Below, piece after piece: positions 9,176 through 17,809 of a DNA stretch of 64,000 nt; position 1 is the stretch's first letter, and each line of letters begins with the position of its first letter. A program made the translations under genes and the position numbers. Origin of the DNA: Fibrobacter sp. Its GTDB lineage: Bacteria > Fibrobacterota > Fibrobacteria > Fibrobacterales > Fibrobacteraceae. Where the stretch lies: NCBI GenBank assembly GCA_024398965.1, contig JAKSIF010000009.1, positions 25,581 through 89,580 of the forward strand. Reading direction: 5' to 3'. The notes beneath the pieces are model-generated. The model saw only the letters and a program-made list of their open reading frames with translations, searched no databases and was not told the DNA's origin.

Positions 9176-9184
9176 AGGTTCCTG

Positions 9185-10114
9185 ATGTCCGACGAATACA
9201 ACTTTAGTGAACTTCGAAACTATCTGGAAGGCCAGATTGACTTGGGCGATGCCGAACTGTATCTTGATGAGCCCTGGTCTCCTCCGGTAAAGCGTGCTGC
9301 GGCTCCTGCAGCCATGTCCGCCCCCGCGATTCCTCGTCCGGCACCTCGTGTTATTCCGCCCCGTCCGGCGGCCAGTTCTTCCGTGGGCGCCTCCTTGAAT
9401 CCGCCTCCTCCTATGCCGGCGCCGTCTGCGGCTCCGCAGTCTGCAAATCCGCAGGATATTGTTTTCGAGGATCTGTTCGGTTCTCCGTCTGCACCGCCAA
9501 CTATGTCGGCTCCTGCAGCAGAGCCTTCTCAGGTCCTGCAGCCTATGGCAAGGGCTGTAAGCAATGCTGCCTACATGTCTGCCGATTCTCTGGATGTCTT
9601 CTTTGACACCGTCAAGTCTGAAACAATCTATGCTAAGGAAGCCTCCCTGGCGAAGTACCTCGGTCCAGCCAAGCCCCGTCTCTTGCTGCTTTTGCCTGCA
9701 GTAAAGCCGGGCGAAAATCCCGAAGCATTCTTTAGCAGTCCTGTTGGCGAAATGCTTGTTCGTTTGTTTGCAAACCTGGGCTATACTCAGGACCAAATGG
9801 GCGTTACCTATTTCTTCAAGTCCACGGATCGTCCGATAGCTCCGTTGATGGCTACTGCCCTCAAGAAGATGCTGACCAAGGAACTTTCTTTGATTTCTCC
9901 CGAAGTCATGGTGACCTTTGGCGTACCGCTGTTCCAGAATCTCTTTGGCAGGGCGAAGAATTTTGACGATCTTGCCGGTACGGATTTGGAAGTGGGCGGC
10001 ATCAAGACCTGCTCTCTCATAGATCCCTACGCCATGGTCAATGACAAACAGATGAAGTGGCTTACCTGGAAGGTGCACATTCCTCGTAGCACTTATTTTA
10101 CGGTCAAACAGTAA
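9185..10114 (+). CDS. Uracil-DNA glycosylase family-4-like fold protein, catalytic motifs degenerate
   Basis: N-terminal helix, Pro/Ala-rich linker, then a domain that aligns by eye with UDG-F4 secondary-structure spacing (PRLLLL, GEMLVRLFANLG, ELSLISPEVMVTFG, K-W-TW); position between coaBC and dnaB. Confidence 0.6.
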   Translation: MSDEYNFSELRNYLEGQIDLGDAELYLDEPWSPPVKRAAAPAAMSAPAIPRPAPRVIPPRPAASSSVGASLNPPPPMPAPSAAPQSANPQDIVFEDLFGSPSAPPTMSAPAAEPSQVLQPMARAVSNAAYMSADSLDVFFDTVKSETIYAKEASLAKYLGPAKPRLLLLLPAVKPGENPEAFFSSPVGEMLVRLFANLGYTQDQMGVTYFFKSTDRPIAPLMATALKKMLTKELSLISPEVMVTFGVPLFQNLFGRAKNFDDLAGTDLEVGGIKTCSLIDPYAMVNDKQMKWLTWKVHIPRSTYFTVKQ

Positions 10115-10140
10115 AAACGCCCTAGAATAGCGAATATGGG

Positions 10141-10166
10141 AGACCCTGTGAAAACGGGGTCTTTTT
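10141..10166 (+). terminator. Intrinsic terminator
   Basis: AGACCCTGT-gaaa-ACGGGGTCT plus T-run. Confidence 0.7.
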
Positions 10167-10197
10167 CATAAATTATATTTCCCTCGGATATTTATAT

Positions 10198-11610
10198 ATG
10201 GCAGATTTCGATAATCAGAATACGTATGAAGGTCGTCAGGTCCCTATGGACCTTGATGCCGAGCGTTGCTTGCTTGGCAGCATTTTGCGAGATCCTGAGG
10301 TCATGGGCGAAGCCATCATGGTCATCAAGGATGAATCCTTCTTCTATTTGGAGAAACACCAGCTGGTGTGGACCGCCCTTTGTAACCTAAATAGGTCGGT
10401 AACTCCCATTGACTTGGTAACCCTTGCCTCCGAACTGGAGTCCATGGGCAAGTTGACCCTGGTGGGAGGACGAGAATACTTGTTCGAGTTGATGGAATCC
10501 GTGGCGTCGTCTGCGAATACCAGTTGGCATATCGAGCTACTTCGCAAAAAGGCATCGCTTCGAAAGCTGATCAAGATGTCTTCGTCCATCATCAAGAATG
10601 CGATGGATTCTGCTGCGGCTCCCGACGAAGTCCTGCAAGATGCAGAAAGGGATATTTTCGCCATTGCCGATGACCAGGTTCGCGACTCCCTCAAGCCAAT
10701 CAACCAGTTTGTGAATCCCTTGTTGGAGCGTTTGAATAACCGCAAGGATGGCATTACCGGTATCCGTACCGGCATTACGGAATTGGATGAACTGACCAAC
10801 GGCTTGCAAAAGTCCGACCTGATTATTTTGGCTGCTCGTCCTGGTGTGGGTAAGACTTCTTTCGCCTTGACCATTGCTGCCAATGCGGCTATCAACTTTA
10901 ACCAGAATGTGGCCTTCTTTAGCTTGGAAATGGATGGTGTCCAGTTGGCTCAGCGTCTGCTGAGTTCCCAGGCCCAGATCGACCAGAGTAGGCTTCGCAA
11001 TGGTCGCCTGAATTCCGAGGAAAAGAAACGAATCATTGCTGCCGTAACCCCCATTAGCCAGGCTCCGTTATACGTAGATGACAATGCCGACCTTGGCATT
11101 ATGGAACTGATGAGCAAGGCTCGCCAGCTTAAGCGTAAGGGAAAGCTGGACCTTTTGATTATTGACTACCTGCAGTTGATGAAAACCGGTAAGGAAGAAA
11201 ACCGAGCCGTGGCCATCGGTGCGATTTCCCGTGGTCTTAAGATTCTGGCCAAGGAAATGCAGATTCCTGTTATTGCCCTGGCTCAGCTTTCCCGTAAGGT
11301 GGAAGAAAAGGGCCGTGAGCGCCCGCAGCTTTCCGACCTTCGTGAATCTGGTTCTATCGAACAGGACGCCGACATGGTGTGGTTTGTAGAACGTAAGTTC
11401 GTGCAGACCCACAGGGATGAAGACCGTAACTCTGCTGAACTGATTGTTGCAAAGCATCGTAATGGTTCTGTGAAGGACATTTCCATGACCTTCATTCCGG
11501 AATACACAACCTTCTATGACGCAGCACCGGAGGGTGAGGGTGGGGAAGGTGAAGCCTATGCCTACGACGGTGGTGCTGATATGGGCCCCGCGGATTTTGC
11601 AGACTTTTAA
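10198..11610 (+). CDS. dnaB: Replicative DNA helicase
   Basis: AERCLLGSIL, ILAARPGVGKT, FFSLEM, IIDYLQLM, LAQLSRKVE, RPQLSDLRESGSIEQDAD, IVAKHRNG. Confidence 0.98.
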   Translation: MADFDNQNTYEGRQVPMDLDAERCLLGSILRDPEVMGEAIMVIKDESFFYLEKHQLVWTALCNLNRSVTPIDLVTLASELESMGKLTLVGGREYLFELMESVASSANTSWHIELLRKKASLRKLIKMSSSIIKNAMDSAAAPDEVLQDAERDIFAIADDQVRDSLKPINQFVNPLLERLNNRKDGITGIRTGITELDELTNGLQKSDLIILAARPGVGKTSFALTIAANAAINFNQNVAFFSLEMDGVQLAQRLLSSQAQIDQSRLRNGRLNSEEKKRIIAAVTPISQAPLYVDDNADLGIMELMSKARQLKRKGKLDLLIIDYLQLMKTGKEENRAVAIGAISRGLKILAKEMQIPVIALAQLSRKVEEKGRERPQLSDLRESGSIEQDADMVWFVERKFVQTHRDEDRNSAELIVAKHRNGSVKDISMTFIPEYTTFYDAAPEGEGGEGEAYAYDGGADMGPADFADF

Positions 11611-11623
11611 GGAGTTTTAAGTT

Positions 11624-12406
11624 ATGTCTTTCTTCTTACGCCCATTTGCTTGGATCGGTGAAATCATTGTCACCGGTATTTCCAACATTGGCGAAGTGGT
11701 TTGCATTTTGCTGAGCACCCTTAAGCAGCTGCGCTATATCCACAAGAATCCGGACCTTATTGTTAAGCAGATGATTTCTATCGGCGTGTCATCTCTGCCC
11801 CTGCTCTTTGTGACATCCATTTTTACCGGCATGGTGGCTACGGTTTGCGCCGAGTTCGAATTCCATAACCTGGTTGCAGACAAGTTTGTTGGTACCGCTG
11901 CATGTAAGATGGTGCTGATTGAACTTGGCCCCCTGCTTACGGCTATCGTGCTGTCCGGTCGAGTTGGCAGTGCCATTGCAGCAGAACTTGGGTCCATGAA
12001 GGAAAAGGAAGAGCTGGCCGCCTATACGGTGTTGGGCCTGGAACCCTATCGTTATCTAGCGTTGCCCCGCTTTGTCGCCTTCATTACCATGATTCCTTGC
12101 TTGACCATTATTTCCAATGCCCTGGCTATTATCGGGGGCTGGATCGTCTGCGTTCTTGGCCTGGACATTACGACGTATACCTATGTAACTGGCATGCAGT
12201 ACCTGTTTGATCCCATGGATCTTTGGTCTGGCGTGCTCAAGTCCTTTGTTTTTGGTACATTGATTTTCTTGTTGGGATATTACCATGGCATTAATGCAAA
12301 GGCTGGCGCTAAGGGCGTTGGTGTTGCTACCATGAGCGTGGTGGTTTCCAGTTGCTTGATGATTTTGATTTCTGACTTTGTGGTAGACGCAGTTCTATTC
12401 TTCTAG
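11624..12406 (+). CDS. mlaE: MlaE-family ABC permease
   Basis: ELGPLLTAIVLSGRVGSAIAAELGSMK and PRFVA motifs. Confidence 0.92.
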   Translation: MSFFLRPFAWIGEIIVTGISNIGEVVCILLSTLKQLRYIHKNPDLIVKQMISIGVSSLPLLFVTSIFTGMVATVCAEFEFHNLVADKFVGTAACKMVLIELGPLLTAIVLSGRVGSAIAAELGSMKEKEELAAYTVLGLEPYRYLALPRFVAFITMIPCLTIISNALAIIGGWIVCVLGLDITTYTYVTGMQYLFDPMDLWSGVLKSFVFGTLIFLLGYYHGINAKAGAKGVGVATMSVVVSSCLMILISDFVVDAVLFF

Positions 12407-12413
12407 GTAAGCT

Positions 12414-13208
12414 ATGCCAAACGTAAAGATCGACCCGAATGATATTGCCATCCGCCTCAAGGGGCTTAAGAAGTCCTTTGGTCCCCAGAACGTCCTTTGC
12501 GATGTGAATCTGGATATCCGCCGTGGCGAAACCATGGTGATTATCGGTAAGTCCGGTGGCGGCAAGTCCGTTATTCTTAAGCACATGATTGGGCTTTTGC
12601 AGCCGGATGGTGGTGAAGTGACTGTGGACGGCGTTACCATCAGTACCCCGAAGTTTTTCGACACCCATACCATCCGTCGTAAAATGGGTATGCTGTTCCA
12701 GATGGGCGCCCTGTTCGACTCAATGAACACTGGCGAGAACATTGCCTTTGCCCTGCGTGAACATCATCCCGAAATGTCCGAAAAGGCAATCCAGGATGTA
12801 GTGACGGAAAAGCTCCAGATGATTAACCTGGTTCCGGAGTTCAGAACCAAGATGCCCTCTGAGTTGTCCGGCGGTATGCGTAAGCGCGTTGCTCTTGCTC
12901 GAGCCATTGCCTTGAATCCCGAAATTTTGCTCTACGACGAACCTACAACTGGTCTTGACCCCATTACCAGCGACGTGATTAACGATTTGATTCTGGATAT
13001 GCAGAGTAAGCTTGGGGTAACCTCCGTAGTGGTGACCCATGACATGGTAAGTGCTTTCAAGGTGGCCGACCGTATAGCTATGCTTTACAACGGACGTATC
13101 ATTGAAGTGGGTACGGTAGACGAAATTAAGAACACTAGTAACCCATATGTGCACCAGTTTATCACCGGACAGCGTAAGATTTCGGTGGATGAGGGGCATC
13201 AGGACTAG
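12414..13208 (+). CDS. mlaF: MlaF-family ABC ATPase
   Basis: GKSGGGKS, LFQMGALFDS, ELSGGMRKRVALARA, LLYDEPTTGLDP, VVVTHD. Confidence 0.92.
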   Translation: MPNVKIDPNDIAIRLKGLKKSFGPQNVLCDVNLDIRRGETMVIIGKSGGGKSVILKHMIGLLQPDGGEVTVDGVTISTPKFFDTHTIRRKMGMLFQMGALFDSMNTGENIAFALREHHPEMSEKAIQDVVTEKLQMINLVPEFRTKMPSELSGGMRKRVALARAIALNPEILLYDEPTTGLDPITSDVINDLILDMQSKLGVTSVVVTHDMVSAFKVADRIAMLYNGRIIEVGTVDEIKNTSNPYVHQFITGQRKISVDEGHQD

Positions 13209-13273
13209 TAAAAAGGAAAAAAAAGCAACTTTTTTGAAGAGAATAAGTTAAATTAACCCAAAGAGGTTTTTTT

Positions 13274-14530
13274 ATGAACAAGAAAATTTTAGCTGGACTT
13301 TCTGGTATTGTCGTGGCAGGCGCCTTCTGGGCCTGTGGTAGCGGCGAAATCAATGAGCCGACTTTTGACGATACTGTTATTATGAATCTTTATCCGAAGG
13401 ATGATGCTGAAGCAGCAAGTTCCTTCATGAAAGAAGCCTTTGCTTCTGCACGCGAGGCATGCAAGATTGATGTTGACCCCGCTGGTTGCGAAGCTCGCAT
13501 TAACGCTGCCGACCCCGATAAGAGTGGTGATGTCGTCAGCTCTTCTTCCGTTACTGAAGAACCGGGTCCGGGTAACCAGGGCCAGACTCCGGTAGTTCCG
13601 GTGTCTTCTTCCTCCATTGTTATCAACAACAACGTGTCTTCTTCTTCTGTAGGCCCGATTATTGTTGATCCGACTTCCAGTGGCTCCGAAGGCACTCCGT
13701 CACAGACTGTTACTGGTCTGGGCTCTTGTGCTCCTGCAACCGCTACCATTGAAAAGGGTGGTTCTACCGGTTGGGCTTTCAAGCTGAATGCCACTAATCC
13801 GGCAGGCGTGTCTGTTACCCAGTTGATGAAGGGTAACTTTACATGGGAATTCGAAGGCGCTTCTACTCCTAGCGAAGCTGCTACTGGTAAGCTTAACTCT
13901 ACTCCGGTTTCCTACGCAAACTCTGGTTCTTACGGCGCCAAGGTGACTGTGGCTGTCGGTACCAGTGTCGAAACCATTACTTGCACTCCGCTGCAGGTGA
14001 ACGGCGACCCGATTACCGGTTGTGAATGCGCTCCTGCTGCACCAACTCATGATTTTACTTCAGAGCCCAGTGCTGTGTGGACAGTAACAGGTTGTAAAAC
14101 AGCCTCCGAACCGCTGACATATAACTGGGATGGTACTGCAGGAGAAGCTTCTTTCTCGAAGACTTTTACTGCAGCAACTCCGGCATATGCTCCCAAGTTG
14201 AAGGTGGGTAATAGCGATAACACTGTTATTGACGTGACTTGTGCACCTGTGAAGGTTACTGAAGGTGCTGAATATGAAATCAAGGCAAGTCAGGATAAGG
14301 TTGTGTTTGAGGCTGCTGGCACGTATGCAGTGGTTGTATCTGGTGGAAGCAGCTTGACTGCATGTCGTATTTCGTGCAACGCAAACGGCCCTCTGACTGC
14401 TACTGCTAAGGGTAAGACCTTTACTGGTAGTTATTACTTGAATTTCGAAGGCATCGACGTTAGTTGGTGTAATACGACCCTTGATCTTGAACTTTCTGCC
14501 GCCGCTACCTGCGAAGCTAGCTGGAACTAG
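13274..14530 (+). CDS. Cys-containing lipoprotein with Ser-rich linker and Ig/PKD-like beta modules
   Basis: AFWAC lipobox; SSSS tracts; paired Cys; YANSGSYGAKVTV PKD-like strand pattern. Confidence 0.75.
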   Translation: MNKKILAGLSGIVVAGAFWACGSGEINEPTFDDTVIMNLYPKDDAEAASSFMKEAFASAREACKIDVDPAGCEARINAADPDKSGDVVSSSSVTEEPGPGNQGQTPVVPVSSSSIVINNNVSSSSVGPIIVDPTSSGSEGTPSQTVTGLGSCAPATATIEKGGSTGWAFKLNATNPAGVSVTQLMKGNFTWEFEGASTPSEAATGKLNSTPVSYANSGSYGAKVTVAVGTSVETITCTPLQVNGDPITGCECAPAAPTHDFTSEPSAVWTVTGCKTASEPLTYNWDGTAGEASFSKTFTAATPAYAPKLKVGNSDNTVIDVTCAPVKVTEGAEYEIKASQDKVVFEAAGTYAVVVSGGSSLTACRISCNANGPLTATAKGKTFTGSYYLNFEGIDVSWCNTTLDLELSAAATCEASWN

Positions 14531-14555
14531 TTCATAGTCATTGCGAATAAGATTC

Positions 14556-14588
14556 AAAAAGACCGGCTCGAAGGAGTCGGTCTTTTTT
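14556..14588. terminator. Bidirectional intrinsic terminator
   Basis: AAAAAGACCGGCTC-gaag-GAGTCGGTCTTTTTT between convergent genes. Confidence 0.8.
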
Positions 14589-14636
14589 GTTCTAAAGTCA
14601 AGAGAATCGTTAGAAATATTCTCTAAAGAAAATCGC

Positions 14637-15554
14637 TTAGTTGTTCCTGTTGGTGAACTTGGCTATTTCCTGTCCGATTTCCTGGGCGAGGTGGGGATCT
14701 TCGTTGTAAAGGGCGTTGATCTTTTTGCAGCCAAGTTCCAGGAGTTTGCGGGCATCTGCAGAATCCCTTTTTTCGCGGAGCTCCTGCAGGGAAAGGTCGA
14801 TAAGCTTAACGTCTTCCTGGGCGGGGTAGCCCTTCATGAAGTCGTAGAATCGCTTGATTTGAACCTTGTATTCGGCGTTGGACTCCAAGGCCAGAAGGAA
14901 GGGGATCACTCTAGTGTTAAGCAGGTTTCCGAGATCGCCCATGAAGGTGTTCAAGGTCAATCCTTCGGGGAATAGCTCGCTGTCGTTCTGCAAGTCATCG
15001 TTGTCTACGAAATCGCCGGCCTCGAACTGGGAAAGCATTTCGTTGAGAACGTCCATTTCCTTGCGCTTGGACTGTTCGCGGTACATGGCCTGGTAATAGA
15101 TGGGCAAAGTCGTTAGGCAGTAGTGAGCCTGGTTTGCCCCAATGAACTCGCCAATGTAGTAGATGTCGGCGTCCTCGTTCAGGATGTCTTCTTCGTTAGT
15201 GAAGTTTCCGATTCTTGCTGGAATGGGAATGACTTCCATGTTGGACAGTTCATGAAGGCGTTCGCGCATGGCGTCCACATCCAGATTCTCGGGAAGTTCA
15301 ACACCATCTTCCTGCATGGTTTCTAGCAGGTTGTTCAACTTGTCGTCGACGGCGTCGTTCATGGCCTTGCGGCTAGGCACCTTAGGTGAAAAACTGCGGA
15401 AGTCGCCTTCCAGGGTCAGGAGACCGTTCTTGATCATGTCTTCAAAGGGGGTGATACTGCTATCTCCCTCGGGGGCGGGTAAAATCCTAGCGTAGGCAAT
15501 CATGCGCCCGCACAGATTGTTGTCGTCACCTTTCTTTTGGACAATTCCTAACAT
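14637..15554 (-). CDS. Hypothetical acidic cytoplasmic protein
   Basis: Long ORF with host-like codon use; ATG at 15554 (MLGIVQKK) preferred; no family recognised. Confidence 0.75.
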   Translation of the reverse strand: MLGIVQKKGDDNNLCGRMIAYARILPAPEGDSSITPFEDMIKNGLLTLEGDFRSFSPKVPSRKAMNDAVDDKLNNLLETMQEDGVELPENLDVDAMRERLHELSNMEVIPIPARIGNFTNEEDILNEDADIYYIGEFIGANQAHYCLTTLPIYYQAMYREQSKRKEMDVLNEMLSQFEAGDFVDNDDLQNDSELFPEGLTLNTFMGDLGNLLNTRVIPFLLALESNAEYKVQIKRFYDFMKGYPAQEDVKLIDLSLQELREKRDSADARKLLELGCKKINALYNEDPHLAQEIGQEIAKFTNRNN

Positions 15555-15570
15555 ACGAAACGAAATATAC

Positions 15571-15601
15571 AAAAAGTCGCAGGATATTTATCCCGCGACC
15601 T
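15571..15601 (-). terminator. Intrinsic terminator of the pectinase pair
   Basis: GTCGCAGGAT-attt-ATCCCGCGAC with an A-run on the left (U-run on the minus strand). Confidence 0.6.
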
Positions 15602-15650
15602 TGAAAAGATGTTGACGCTTAGGAAACGTTATAGCGAATGTAACCTTGGA

Positions 15651-17798
15651 TTACTTGATCCTTACGACACTTTGCTTCTTGTATCCCGGGGCAGAAACTT
15701 TCATTAGGTAGATTCCAGCGGGAAGCTTGCCTTGCGTAGTAGACATCAGCTTGCCCTGCAGGTTAAAGAATTGCACGTTCATGCCGGTAGAGGTTGCAAG
15801 TTTCTTTTGGGCTAGAATAGTTGTCACGCTGTCGCCTGGATTTTCAGGATCTGTAATGATGGGCTCGTCTGAAGTATCTCCGGGATTCTCGATTTTTTCC
15901 ACATTCAGGGGGGTGAGCTTGATCTGGTCCAGGTTGGGACCGTCGTTACCGCCTACGGTGGCGAACTGGATGTAGCTCTTGCCGCGGGGGAGCGTGATTG
16001 TTGCTTCCATTGACGGATAGGTGGTCCAGGCGCCTGTCTTGTCGAAGGATTTTTCCGTTGCGTCGCCGGCTCCTTCGCCGGCTTCGTTACCGAGGCACTT
16101 GAACGCTAGGGATCTTGCTGCGGAGCTGCCGTTGGCGTAGAACATTTCCATGGTGTACTCGCCGGCGGCGTCAACGTATACCGGGATGTTGACGAAGGAG
16201 GCTGCGCCAGCGCCGAAGTTGACGTAGCCGGATCCTGCAAAGCCTGCGTTGGAACTTTCGTAGACGGCGTTTTCAATGGCGCCGTCTTCTGCCTGGAATA
16301 CGCCTGTGCCTGCTCCTGTGAAGTTGGCGGTAAGTTCGATGTCGCCTGTTGCCTTGATTTCTGCAGTAGCGTTAGAAGCGTCTATGGCTGAGGCGCTGGC
16401 GCCTGTCCAACCCGAGAATTTCCAGCCGTCGTTAGCCTTGGCTGTAAAGGAGACTGTCTTGCCTTCGGCCACCTTGTTGCCGCTCAAGCTGGTTACGATG
16501 GAACCGCCCATAGCGTTATTGATTTTCACGTTGTAGTATGTAACGTTGCTTTCTACGACGGCAATTTCATTGGAAGTGGCGCCTAGGCCACCCATGGAAT
16601 TGGCGGCACGTACGGTAACTTTGGAACCGGGGGCGAGATTACCCACATCAATGCTGTTCTGGATAACGTTGGCGTGGTATTTGCCGTTTACAAAAACAAC
16701 CCAGTTCAATGCGTTTTCATCGTCTGCCCAGACAATGTCTGCTCCATCCTGAGAAATTTTGGGCGCGCCCATCTGAACTGTTAGTTTGTTCGGTTCCCAC
16801 TTGTCGGAACCGCCAAGAACGTTGGCTAAGGTATACTTGCTGGCATCACTTGCGTTCCATACCGTCTTTAGGGACTTCGCCGTGGAGGCATCCTTGCCTC
16901 CATCAAAAGAGGTCTTACGCCTACTGACGTCAATTGCGCCGCCATTGCCATTTTTACTGTTGTATTCACCGAAAACATCCGGGCCGGAATTCATATCCGG
17001 GCCCCAGCCTTCTGCCTTGGGCTGGGCGTACATGGTGGTGTTCAGGAATACGGTTTTTGCGTGCCCCCAGGAACGCCCTAAATAGAATGTTCCGTTGTAG
17101 CTCCCGTTAGAAACGTTGATCTTTGAATTGTTAAAGACGTAGCCCCAGCTAGTAGAAGTCTTGGCTGCGGTAATGTAGCCTCCATTACGGGTCATGACCA
17201 GGTTGGTGCCTTCAAACCATACGTCGCCATCGCCACAGATAAAGTCCACGGTTCCCTGAATTTCGCCGCCTTCCCAGTAAACGCGGCCTGTTCCGTTGGT
17301 GTAGTATGTGTCCTGCCCGCTGAGCAAACGCACGTTCTTAAAGATGTACTTGTCTCCCTTATGCTGGATGGTCACCTGGCGAGCCGCAGAAGACGTGGCG
17401 TAGGAACTCTTGTTCTGAATGGTCAGATCCTGCATGTACATCCCGTTGTTGTTAGGGAAGTACAGCGTTGCCGTAAGGCTGATGCCTTCGGTATCCGTCT
17501 TGTTGGCAATGATGGCCTTATCGCGGGTCTGTCCAATCAGGGAAACGAAGGAGGTGGAAAAAGTGCTCTTGCCGTGGGTGTCTCCGGTAAGTTTCGTAAT
17601 GTCGTATTCTCCATCAGGGAAGAACATGACAAAGCGGTTGTTTTCCGTAGGCTTTGCCGCGGCGGCGGCAGCGACTGCCGCCTTGAAGTCACCATCAACG
17701 CCAACTACAAAGTCAAACTTTTTCTTGGTAATGCCAAAGGCGTCTGTAACAAAACCTGCAGCAAGAAAGGCGGAAATCAGTAAACGAGTCTTGTTCAT
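15651..17798 (-). CDS. Pectin methylesterase (CE8) with Fn3-like and InlB-type repeat modules, CBM35 and basic C-terminal domain
   Basis: QVTI, QDTYY, YWEGGEIQGTVDFICG, YLGRSW CE8 motifs; QAEDG...GFAGSGYVNF...YANGS...TGAWTTY...PNLD CBM6/35 module; FFNLQGK...GIYLMKV tail; SD AGGGGTG before ATG 17798. Confidence 0.92.
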   Translation of the reverse strand: MNKTRLLISAFLAAGFVTDAFGITKKKFDFVVGVDGDFKAAVAAAAAAKPTENNRFVMFFPDGEYDITKLTGDTHGKSTFSTSFVSLIGQTRDKAIIANKTDTEGISLTATLYFPNNNGMYMQDLTIQNKSSYATSSAARQVTIQHKGDKYIFKNVRLLSGQDTYYTNGTGRVYWEGGEIQGTVDFICGDGDVWFEGTNLVMTRNGGYITAAKTSTSWGYVFNNSKINVSNGSYNGTFYLGRSWGHAKTVFLNTTMYAQPKAEGWGPDMNSGPDVFGEYNSKNGNGGAIDVSRRKTSFDGGKDASTAKSLKTVWNASDASKYTLANVLGGSDKWEPNKLTVQMGAPKISQDGADIVWADDENALNWVVFVNGKYHANVIQNSIDVGNLAPGSKVTVRAANSMGGLGATSNEIAVVESNVTYYNVKINNAMGGSIVTSLSGNKVAEGKTVSFTAKANDGWKFSGWTGASASAIDASNATAEIKATGDIELTANFTGAGTGVFQAEDGAIENAVYESSNAGFAGSGYVNFGAGAASFVNIPVYVDAAGEYTMEMFYANGSSAARSLAFKCLGNEAGEGAGDATEKSFDKTGAWTTYPSMEATITLPRGKSYIQFATVGGNDGPNLDQIKLTPLNVEKIENPGDTSDEPIITDPENPGDSVTTILAQKKLATSTGMNVQFFNLQGKLMSTTQGKLPAGIYLMKVSAPGYKKQSVVRIK

Positions 17799-17809
17799 TT
17801 TCGTCACCC

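Noticed and set aside
10198-11610. Possible intein in dnaB
   Set aside because: Length (470 aa) and contiguous motifs are those of an uninterrupted DnaB.
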